The position numbers and the translations under genes were made by a program. Below the pieces are notes generated by a model. That model saw nothing but the letters and a program-made list of their open reading frames with translations, searched no databases and was not told the DNA's origin. Shown here in pieces: positions 9,803 through 18,100 of a stretch of 24,000 nt of DNA. The stretch is taken from assembly GCA_020634795.1 (NCBI GenBank), contig JACKAZ010000006.1, positions 76,376-100,375 of the forward strand, read 5' to 3'. The first letter of the stretch is position 1. Each line of letters opens with the position of its first letter. This DNA is from Ardenticatenales bacterium (GTDB lineage Bacteria; Chloroflexota; Anaerolineae; Ardenticatenales; Ardenticatenaceae).

Positions 9803-10611
9803 GCCGTCGCACGAGCAAGCCAAGTTGGAGTGAGCGACTCTTTGGGCAGGGTAGCCCGCGCAAGGGGCAGCGCTCCCAGCGGCAGCGCAAAGCGGTCGTG
9901 GCGTCATCCGGCGGGGCAGGCCGCAACCGGCTGCTGCTCGCTTTGATTCTGGCGGGCGCGCTCCTGTACCTGATGTTCGGCACTTCGTGGTTCTACATTT
10001 ACGAGCTTGAACTGGATGGGGCGCGGCTGCTCGGGCAAGAGGAAGCGTACAACCGCTCGCAGTTGGAGGGGTGGAGCCTGTTCTGGCTGAACCCCACTTC
10101 GGTCGCGGCCCGCCTGAAAGAAGACCCATTGATTTTGGATGCGTTGGTCTCGCCCAAGCCACCGAACGGGGTACGGATTCAGGTGCAAGAACGGCTACCG
10201 GTCGCGGTCTGGCAGTCGCAGGGGCAGAGCTACTTCGTCGATGGCGAGGGCGTGCTCTTTGCCCTACGCGGTGACGCCCGTCGCCACATCGTGGTGCGCG
10301 ATCTCGGCGATGGCGCGGTGCAAGTCGGGGAGCGGGTCGATGTCAACGCGCTGCAGGCCGCCCGCGAATTGACACGGTGGATGCCCGAGCGGCGGGCATG
10401 GGATTGGGCGGCGGGCGAAGGCATCTCGTTCCTGAGCGACGAGGGCTGGCGCGTGGTGCTGGGTGACCAGAGCCAAATCGCCACCAAGGTTCGCGCCTAC
10501 CGCGCCTTCCGTGACCAACAGCAGGAGAGTGAAGGTCCGGCCATCGTGCTGCTGGATGTGAGCGTACCCGAACACGCCTACTTTCGCACCAACACGGCGA
10601 TCGTGGAATAG
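9799..10611 (+). CDS. ftsQ: Cell division protein FtsQ/DivIB-like (POTRA-type, single N-terminal TM)
   Basis: Basic cytoplasmic tail, one TM (LLLALILAGALLYLMFG), then a divergent extracytoplasmic domain (VRIQVQERLPVAVWQSQGQSYFVDGEGVLF). Position between ddl and ftsA; ATGA overlap with ddl. Confidence 0.88.
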   Translation: MSRRTSKPSWSERLFGQGSPRKGQRSQRQRKAVVASSGGAGRNRLLLALILAGALLYLMFGTSWFYIYELELDGARLLGQEEAYNRSQLEGWSLFWLNPTSVAARLKEDPLILDALVSPKPPNGVRIQVQERLPVAVWQSQGQSYFVDGEGVLFALRGDARRHIVVRDLGDGAVQVGERVDVNALQAARELTRWMPERRAWDWAAGEGISFLSDEGWRVVLGDQSQIATKVRAYRAFRDQQQESEGPAIVLLDVSVPEHAYFRTNTAIVE

Positions 10612-10816
10612 CGCAAGGGTTGCGAGTTAGTGAGTTAACTGAGTTTGGAATCATTGCAGTGCTGGCGTACCGGAGTGAGTACAGTGACGACACCTTCCTT
10701 TGTAAATCTAAGTGGAAGCAAAGTAATTCTCTATCTTCATTCGCTTCTTGCCTACGACAATTAATGAATTTAATCGCAACGAAACCAAATCTTTTCAAAC
10801 GACGAGGATGTGACCC

Positions 10817-12058
10817 ATGAAACGAGTCACTGGGTTAGATATCGGAACCACGAAAATAGCCTGCTTGGTCGGTGAGCGGGACGAGCGGGGGCGGACCCAT
10901 CTGCTGGGCCATGCTGTCGTGCCGTCGCACGGCATCAAGAAGGGGGTGATCGTGGACGTGCAGGAAGCGGTCAACTGCATCCAGCAGGCGGTGACCGAGG
11001 CCGAGCAGAGCGCGGGCCACGAGATCGAAGATGTTCTGGTCGGCGTCGCGGGCAGCCATATCCGCGCCATGAACAGCCGCGGCACCACCACGGTGATCGA
11101 TCACGGCCAACGGATCGCCCCCCGGGATGTGCGCGGCGCGCTGGAAGCGGCACGGGCCATCGCCATCCCCCATTCGCAAGAGGTGATCCACGTCGTGCCA
11201 CGCGGCTACTGGATCGACGGCTCGAACGGGGTGCGCGACCCCATCGGACTACATGGCTATCGGCTCGATGTGGAAGCGCACATCGTGACCGCGGCCAGCA
11301 ACGCGCTGAAAACCTACGAGCGGGTCTGCGAGGAGGCGGGGCTGTCGGCGCGGGCCTTCGTGCTGGAACCGCTGGCCAGCGGCGAGGCCGTGCTGACCGA
11401 AGATGAACGGGAGATGGGCGTCGTGCTGGTCGATATCGGCGGCGGCACGACCGATGTGTCGATCTTTTTGGAAGGGGCTGTCTGGCACACCGCCTCGATT
11501 CCGGTCGGGGGCAATCACCTGTCGCACGACTTGGCGGTGGCGCTGCAATGTCCGCTGCCGGTCGCGGAGGAGATCAAGAAGCGGTACGGTTATGCCGCCG
11601 CTGACCGACAGTTGGAGGATGGCCCCATTGATTTGGCAGGTTTTGGCGACAGCGCGCAGCACGCGCCCACGCGACGCGAGATCGCGGAGGTGTTGAGCTA
11701 CCGCGTCGCCGACATCTTTGACCTGATCCAACTGGAGATGAAACGGAGCGCCTACGATGGTTTGCTGCCAGCGGGCCTCGTCTTTTGCGGCGGGTCGGCA
11801 CAGTTGACCGGACTGAAAGAAGCGGGGCGCGACTTCTTCGAGCTGCCCGTGCGCGTGGCAGCGCCCCACGGGCCAAGCGGCATGGCCGACATGCTGCGCA
11901 ACCCCGCCTACGCCACCAGCGTGGGGCTGCTGGAATGGGGATTTCACCATGATGACAGCTCACCGAATCAGCCGCTGGCCCGCCGCAACGGGGCACGCAG
12001 CGGTGAGTCGTGGACGCAACAGCTCAGGCAGTTGCTGCGTTCCCTACTGCCGAATTAA
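10817..12058 (+). CDS. ftsA: Cell division protein FtsA
   Basis: MKRVTGLDIGTTKIACLVGE...ALKTYERVCEEAGL...VLVDIGGGTTDVSIFLEG...YATSVGLLEWG: actin-like FtsA motifs. Confidence 0.95.
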   Translation: MKRVTGLDIGTTKIACLVGERDERGRTHLLGHAVVPSHGIKKGVIVDVQEAVNCIQQAVTEAEQSAGHEIEDVLVGVAGSHIRAMNSRGTTTVIDHGQRIAPRDVRGALEAARAIAIPHSQEVIHVVPRGYWIDGSNGVRDPIGLHGYRLDVEAHIVTAASNALKTYERVCEEAGLSARAFVLEPLASGEAVLTEDEREMGVVLVDIGGGTTDVSIFLEGAVWHTASIPVGGNHLSHDLAVALQCPLPVAEEIKKRYGYAAADRQLEDGPIDLAGFGDSAQHAPTRREIAEVLSYRVADIFDLIQLEMKRSAYDGLLPAGLVFCGGSAQLTGLKEAGRDFFELPVRVAAPHGPSGMADMLRNPAYATSVGLLEWGFHHDDSSPNQPLARRNGARSGESWTQQLRQLLRSLLPN

Positions 12059-12187
12059 GGAGGTGAGCAACTGAACGATCGGATAGATCCGACGGACGCT
12101 GGCGCTGCACCCTATCGACAACTCTCATTTTCAGACGTAGCTATCAGACCAACCGAATTTCACGATCAGACCCCCCCAGGAGGAACT

Positions 12188-13336
12188 ATGTACGGATACA
12201 ACGACCGCTCAACGAAAGGAATCGATGTGGAGAACTTTGCCAATATCAAGGTGATTGGCGTGGGTGGCGGCGGCTCGAACGCGGTCAACCGCATGATTTT
12301 GGAAGGCATTCATGGCGTGGATTTCATCGCACTGAACACCGATGCCCAAGCGTTAATGCTTTCCGATGCCCCCCACCGCATCCGCATCGGGGACAAGCTG
12401 ACGCGCGGTCTGGGTGCGGGGGGGAACCCCGAGATCGGCATGAAAGCGGCCGAAGAGAGCGAAGATGAGCTGCGGGAAGCGCTGAACGGCGCGGATATGG
12501 TTTTCATCACCGCAGGGCTGGGCGGCGGCACCGGCACGCTGGCCTCGTCGGTGGTGGCGCGCGTCGCCCGCGAAGCCGGCGCCCTGACGATCGGTGTGGT
12601 GACGCGTCCCTTCACCTTCGAGGGCAACCGCCGTGCCGAAAACGCGCGCGTCGGGCTGCAAGCGTTGCAGGACATGGTGGACACGCTGATCGTGATTCCC
12701 AACGACCGACTGCTCCAGATCGTTGATAAGCGCGTGTCGATGCAGGAAGCTTTCCGCACGGCGGACGACGTGCTGCGGCAGGGGATCCAAGGCATTTCGG
12801 AGCTGATCACGAAGCCAGGCTTGATCAACTTGGACTTCTCCGACGTGCGCTCGATCATGGAGCACGGCGGCGCGGCCTTGATGGCGGTGGGGATCGGCAA
12901 GGGCGAAAATCGCGCCATCGATGCCGCCAACATGGCGATCTCCAGCCCGCTGCTGGACATCACGATCGATGGGGCGCAGGGCGTGCTCTTCAACATCACG
13001 GGCGGCAGCGACCTCAGCCTGTTCGAGGTCAACGAAGCGGCGGAGATCATCCGCAGCACGACCGACCCCAACGCCAACATCATCTTTGGCGCGGTGGTCG
13101 ATCCGGAGATGCAAGACGAACTGCAGATCACGGTCATCGCCACCGGCTTCAACAAAGAGAACAGCCCGCGCAGCCAGCCGCGCACGGTCGCAACGCCGCG
13201 CCCCGCCACTGCCGCGAATCAAGCGTCGGCGGTGGCAGCCAGCAGCGCAACCGCCCGCAACGACAAGCGCGACTTCCCGGTCCGCAGCTTCGACCGCGAA
13301 GATCTGGACATTCCGGCCTTCCTGCGCCGTCGCTAG
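12188..13336 (+). CDS. ftsZ: Cell division GTPase FtsZ
   Basis: AGGAGG before the [44 protein letters not shown]7 loop [12 protein letters not shown]-terminal peptide [11 protein letters not shown]. Confidence 0.97.
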   Translation: MYGYNDRSTKGIDVENFANIKVIGVGGGGSNAVNRMILEGIHGVDFIALNTDAQALMLSDAPHRIRIGDKLTRGLGAGGNPEIGMKAAEESEDELREALNGADMVFITAGLGGGTGTLASSVVARVAREAGALTIGVVTRPFTFEGNRRAENARVGLQALQDMVDTLIVIPNDRLLQIVDKRVSMQEAFRTADDVLRQGIQGISELITKPGLINLDFSDVRSIMEHGGAALMAVGIGKGENRAIDAANMAISSPLLDITIDGAQGVLFNITGGSDLSLFEVNEAAEIIRSTTDPNANIIFGAVVDPEMQDELQITVIATGFNKENSPRSQPRTVATPRPATAANQASAVAASSATARNDKRDFPVRSFDREDLDIPAFLRRR

Positions 13337-13365
13337 TCCTTTCGCTCGACCTCCCATCAACCGAA

Positions 13366-13397
13366 CAGCGCCCCGCGGCTTTTGTCGCGGGGCGCTG
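13366..13397 (+). terminator. Strong GC-rich hairpin after ftsZ (12-bp perfect stem, 8-nt loop); probable transcript end or stability element
   Basis: CAGCGCCCCGCG - gcttttgt - CGCGGGGCGCTG, 30 nt after the ftsZ stop. No T-tract follows, so not a canonical intrinsic terminator. Confidence 0.6.
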
Positions 13398-13402
13398 CCG
13401 CG

Positions 13403-13456
13403 TAGAGGAGCTTGGGGAGCTTGGGGAGCTAGAGGAGCTGGGGGAGCTGGGGGAGC
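13403..13456. repeat. 9-bp tandem array, 6 units of T[G/T/A]G[G/A]GGAGC
   Basis: tagaggagc/ttggggagc/ttggggagc/tagaggagc/tgggggagc/tgggggagc. Confidence 0.95.
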
Positions 13457-13625
13457 TAAGGGGACCGTTGATTTGCAAAGCGATGGAAATGCCATGGGCT
13501 TTGCACGTTCCCCGATTCACCATACGTCATAGAAGTACACGCTACCCACCCTCGATGGCGGAGCGGTTGTACCCGTGGCACCCCACCCCATTCGCCATTC
13601 GCCATTCGGCGCTCAATGCGCGATT

Positions 13626-13652
13626 CGCACCCTATTCCCTGAACAGGGTGCG
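13626..13652. other. Inverted repeat, 8-bp perfect stem and 11-nt loop
   Basis: CGCACCCT - attccctgaac - AGGGTGCG. Confidence 0.6.
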
Positions 13653-13746
13653 CGCATGCGTTGTGTAAGCCAAGCGTTTGCCGCCCGTTATCAGCCCGTG
13701 GCGTGTGGCGTGTCCAACAGGTCGGTTCAAAGATGGCGCCATGCCT

Positions 13747-13836
13747 GCTCCCCCAACTCCCCTAGCTCCCCCAACTCCCCTAGCTCCCCTAGCTCCCCCA
13801 GCTCGCCCAACTCCCCCAACTCCCCCAGCTCCCTCC
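13747..13836. repeat. 9-bp tandem array, 10 units of GCTCCCCCA/ACTCCCCTA, inverted relative to 13403-13456
   Basis: gctccccca/actccccta/gctccccca/actccccta/gctccccta/gctccccca/gctcgccca/actccccca/actccccca/gctccctcc. Reverse complement of gctccccca is tgggggagc, a unit of the first array. Confidence 0.95.
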
Positions 13837-13921
13837 GCGCCCTCTTTTGGGGGATCGCGCTTCTCTAGAACGCGACACCCCTCGTGCGTACACCCCCGCG
13901 AACGCATCCTGTCGAGATGTA

Positions 13922-14110
13922 CATTTTGAAATCTTAAAATTCTTGTATTTGTCCCCAATCCATCGTACGTCGATAGACGTTGGTTATCCACACGCACTAA
14001 AGAGGGATGCACAATAATGCACCGTTTTTGTGGGGTTGCTGGCCCGTTTTCCCCATACGGCAGGTAGTTTTCCCCACCAAATCGAGGGTTTTTCCACAAG
14101 CTTCTCCACA
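13922..14110 (+). promoter_or_regulatory. Candidate DnaA-box cluster adjacent to an AT-rich tract (origin-like or DnaA-responsive regulatory region)
   Basis: TTATCCACA at 13985-13993 (perfect consensus), TTTTCCACA at 14090-14098 and TTCTCCACA at 14102-14110 (1 mismatch each), TTTTCCCCA at 14047-14055 and 14068-14076 (2 mismatches each); all on the same strand. AT-rich segment attttgaaatcttaaaattcttgtattt lies upstream. Confidence 0.4.
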
Positions 14111-14172
14111 GCCGAGCGCCCCCCACGTCGGTTTGTGTCAGACGGCTGGCTATGTTACACTTCTGCTCCGTT

Positions 14173-14220
14173 TTCCGCTATCTAGTGTCTCTTGACAAGA
14201 GACACCACTAGATATAGTAT
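14173..14220 (+). promoter_or_regulatory. Candidate sigma70-type promoter flanked by two NrdR-box-like sites
   Basis: TTGACA (14192-14197), 17-nt spacer, TAGTAT (14215-14220). Box-like ccactagatatagtat (14205-14220) matches 13/16 of ACACTATATATAGTGT; ttccgctatctagtgt (14173-14188) matches 10/16, exactly 32 bp upstream. A 10-bp palindrome gtgtctcttg-a-caagagacac (14185-14205) covers the -35. Confidence 0.55.
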
Positions 14221-14512
14221 TCTCATGCGCTCGGCACGGCAGATGTAGCCCTTGCACGTTCGCCTCGCGAGGGCGATGCCGCCCCAACGCTTTGCCGCGC
14301 CCCACCGCGTGAACGCTTTGCCGGACCCCTGCCTTAGCCTGGCTCTTTCACAGGGTTAGCATCGCCCCCCTGCCCCGCCACGCGCGGCCCCACGCGGTGA
14401 ACGCTTTGGCGAAAGCGTGGTGAACACTAGGCTGGGCCTGGTGGTCGTCCATGCTGTTGTCGTTGTCGACCTATTATGAACGCCGAGTCCGAGATTCGTT
14501 TGGAGTCACTCA

Positions 14513-15001
14513 ATGCAATGCCCCTACTGCCAACACGAGCAGAACCGTGTGCTCGATACCCGCACCGTCGGTGACGGCATCCGTCGCCGGCGCGAATGCC
14601 AACGCTGCAGCGAACGCTTCACCACCTACGAGCGGGTGGCTCGCGCCCCCCTGATGATCGTGAAACGGGACGGTCGACGTGAAGAGTTCGATCAAGACAA
14701 GCTCTTTGTCGGGCTGAAGAAAGCCTGCACCAAGCGTCCCGTCTCCATCAAAAGCCTTGATCAGATCGTCGATCAGATCGAAGGCGAATTGTACGGCCTC
14801 GGTCAGAGCGAAATCCCCGCCGACTTGATCGGCGAGCGGGTGATGAATGCGCTGATGGAGTTGGACGAGGTCGCCTATGTCCGCTTCGCCAGTGTCTACC
14901 GCCGCTTTGCCGATCTGGAAAGTTTGGCCGACGAAATCCAGAAGCTGAAGGCGCAGAAAGCCCTCGACGCTGAGCGCAAACGCCAGATGGCGCTGTTGTA
15001 G
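14513..15001 (+). CDS. nrdR: Transcriptional repressor NrdR
   Basis: MQCPYCQHEQNRVLDTRTVGDGIRRRRECQRCSERFTTYERV (zinc ribbon) followed by an ATP-cone-like domain. Confidence 0.96.
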   Translation: MQCPYCQHEQNRVLDTRTVGDGIRRRRECQRCSERFTTYERVARAPLMIVKRDGRREEFDQDKLFVGLKKACTKRPVSIKSLDQIVDQIEGELYGLGQSEIPADLIGERVMNALMELDEVAYVRFASVYRRFADLESLADEIQKLKAQKALDAERKRQMALL

Positions 15002-15132
15002 ATCGCCTGCGCCATGACCATCACCTTCCTCATTCAACAATAAATTTTGCTGCGCGGCGGCGCCCTTGGGTGCTGTCGCGTAGTCATTTAATAGCTATCA
15101 CCGTCGATTACCATTCAGAAGGAGCCGCCCCC

Positions 15133-18100
15133 ATGTCCGAGTTCACGCCCGCCAAGTCCACCGCGCTAAACGGCAAGGCCGCTGCCAACGAGCCAAGCCA
15201 CGACAAGAATTATCTCTCGCCCCTCGGCGAGAAAATCTTCCTCGACCGTTATGCTTGGAAAGATGGCAGCAAGCAATCGCTGACCGAGGGCGACACGGTG
15301 ATCGTCTGTGTGGACGATGACAGCCGCCAACGGGAAGTCGCCACCGTGCAAGCGCTCTTCCGCGACGAGGGCTATGCCACCGTGAGGCTGCGCGACGGCA
15401 ACATGCGCGATGTGGCGATCGAACATATCGACAAGCCGATGGAGACGACCCCCGAACAGACGATGGCCCGTGTGGCACGGGGCATCGCCGAGATCGAGAG
15501 GCCCGAACAACGAGCGCTCTGGGAAGAACGCTTCCGCTGGCTGCTGGAGGGGTGGAAGTTCGTCCCCGGCGGTCGCACGTGGGCGGCGGCGGGCACCGAC
15601 CAGAATCTGACCTTCTACAACTGCTACGTCATCCCCTCCCCCCACGACTCGCGGGGCGGCATCGTGGAAACGCTGCAGCAGATGATGGAGATCATGTCGC
15701 GCGGCGGGGGCGTGGGCATCAACGTTTCGTCGCTGCGCCCACGCTACAGTTATGTCAAGGGTGTCAATGGCCGGTCGAGCGGCGCGGTTTCGTGGGGCGG
15801 TCTCTACAGCTTCGTGACGGGACTGATCGAACAAGGGGGGAGTCGGCGTGGCGCACTGATGTTAATCTGCAACGATTGGCATCCCGATCTGCTGGAATTC
15901 ATTCACTCCAAGCGAGAGATGGGCAAGATCACCAATGCCAACATCTCGGTGGGGCTGAGCGACGCCTTCATGGCGGCGGTGCGCAACGACGAGGAGTGGA
16001 CGCTGCGCTTCCCCGATACCTCGCATCCCGCCTACGACAGCGAGTGGGATGGCAACATGGAGGCGTGGGAGGCCGCGGGCCGGCCCGTCAATCTCTACAA
16101 GACGGTGCAAGCGCGCGAGGTCTGGCACCAGATCATCGAAAGCGCATGGGCCAGCGCCGAGCCGGGCCTCTGGTTCCGCGAACGGGCCAACGTGATGTCA
16201 AACAGCCACTATTTCAACCCACTGGTATGTACGAACCCTTGTGTAACCGGCGACACGTTACTTTACACGGCTGAGGGGCTCATAAGTGCTGAAGAGCTTT
16301 ACCAACGCGGTAACTTAGTGCAGGCCGTTATCGATAGTCGCTTCGGTCATTCGGAATCCGTTGTCCAAGCTTCTCATGTCTTCCGAACGGGCCGGAAAGA
16401 AGTCTTCAAGCTGCAAACGCGTGAAGGGTATTCTCTGCGGGCAACGGCTGATCACCGCATCATGACGGCACGTGGTTGGGTCGAAATGGGATCTCTCGAA
16501 GTCGATGACGAAATTCACATCTTGAACCAACGCGGTGGATTTGGCCAAGAAGGTACCGAATCCTTAGGACGCATATTGGGCTGGCTGGTCGGCGATGGCA
16601 CGGTCAAACAAGACAAAGCGGTTCTTTCCTTCTTCGGTGAGGAAAAGCAGGAGTTAGCACCCATTTTCGCTGAACAAGTCGAGGCGCTAGTTACGCCTCT
16701 TACTGCTACTAACCGAGAGTATTCCGTATCCGTCGTAGATGTCCAAGGGCGAGACGAAGCGCGAGTTGCCTCCTCCCGCTTGCTCTCGATCGCGGACGAC
16801 TACGGGCTTGTTGAAGAAAAGCATAGGGTTCCACCTAAGTTGCTCGTGAGTAATGAGGCGATGCAACGCGGCTTCCTTCAAGCACTATTCACGGCAGATG
16901 GGAGCTTCCAAAATGGCGGACCAAAAGGCGGCAGCATCCGCCTTGCCTCAAGTTACCTTTCCTTAATTGAGGAGGTACAGCGTCTGCTCCTTAACTTCGG
17001 AATTGCGAGCCGCATCTACACTGATCGCCGAGAGGCGGGCTATCGAGAGATGCCCGATGGAATGGGTGGATTGAAATCCTATTCGTGTCGCGCTCAACAC
17101 GAACTCGTGATCACAAAGCGAAATATGGTGACCTTTGCGGAACAAATCGGCTTCTTGATGGCCCATAAGCAAAAGGCACTGCAAGATTATGTTTCGCGCG
17201 GCAGACGAGGCCCGTACCAAGAGCGATTCACCGCACGAGTGGCGAGTGTTGAAGCTGATGGAGTGGAGGATGTCTACGACATTACCGAGCCGCTTACCCA
17301 CTCGTTCATTGGAAATGGAATCGTCTTACACAATTGCGGCGAACAGCCATTACCAGCGTGGGGCGTCTGCAACCTTGGCGCGATCAACCTGTCGCGCTTC
17401 GTGGAAGAGGGCGAGGTGGCATGGGAGACCCTCGGTAAAACGGTGCGCTACGCCGTCCGCTTCCTTGACAATGTCATTGACGCGACGCCGTATTTCTTCG
17501 AGGAAAACGAAGCGCAGCAAGGCCAAGAGCGGCGGGTGGGATTGGGCGTGATGGGCCTTGCCGAAATGCTGATCCGTTTGGAGCTGCGTTATGGCAGCGA
17601 GGCGGGCAACCGGTTCAGCGAGGAGCTGTTCAAGTTCATCGCCCACGAAGCCTATCTCGCATCGAGCGAGCTGGCCGCCGAAAAGGGCAGCTTCAGCGCC
17701 TTCCAGGCCGAGCCCTTCTTGCAGAGCGGTTTCATGGAAAAGATGTCGAGCGAAGTACGCGAAGCGGTCCGCGAGAACGGGATCCGCAACGTGACGCTGC
17801 TCACCGTCGCCCCCACCGGCACCACCGGCACGATGGTCGGCACGTCCACGGGGATCGAGCCGTACTACTTCTGGAGCTATTTCCGCAAGAGCCGGCTGGG
17901 GATGCACGAAGAGAAGGTCGATGTGGTGGCCGAGTGGCAGGCCGCGAACCCCGACCAGCCGCTGCCCGACTACTTTGTGACAGCGATGGATCTGTCGCCG
18001 GAGGAGCACGTACGGGCACAGGCCGCCGTGCAGGAATGGGTCGATAGCAGCATCTCGAAGACGGCCAACGTCCCGAACGAATACACCGTCGAGCAGTTGG

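Noticed and set aside
12521-12550. Frameshift or compensating indels explaining the odd FtsZ motif
   Set aside because: Motif length is unchanged relative to the canonical GGGTGTGAAP and both flanks are in the same frame with normal FtsZ sequence.
13747-13836. Possible CRISPR array
   Set aside because: 9-bp contiguous units with no unique spacers; a minisatellite, not CRISPR.
13632-14126. 164-aa minus-strand ORF (and plus-strand 13575..13868, 13678..13929) with G/A/V- or S/P-rich runs
   Set aside because: Runs are direct products of the 9-bp repeat array; remaining sequence has no recognisable protein features.
15002-15132. Cobalamin riboswitch before the B12-dependent nrdJ
   Set aside because: The gap is only ~130 bp and no B12-box-like conserved core was seen; the nrdR leader likewise showed no obvious cobalamin box.
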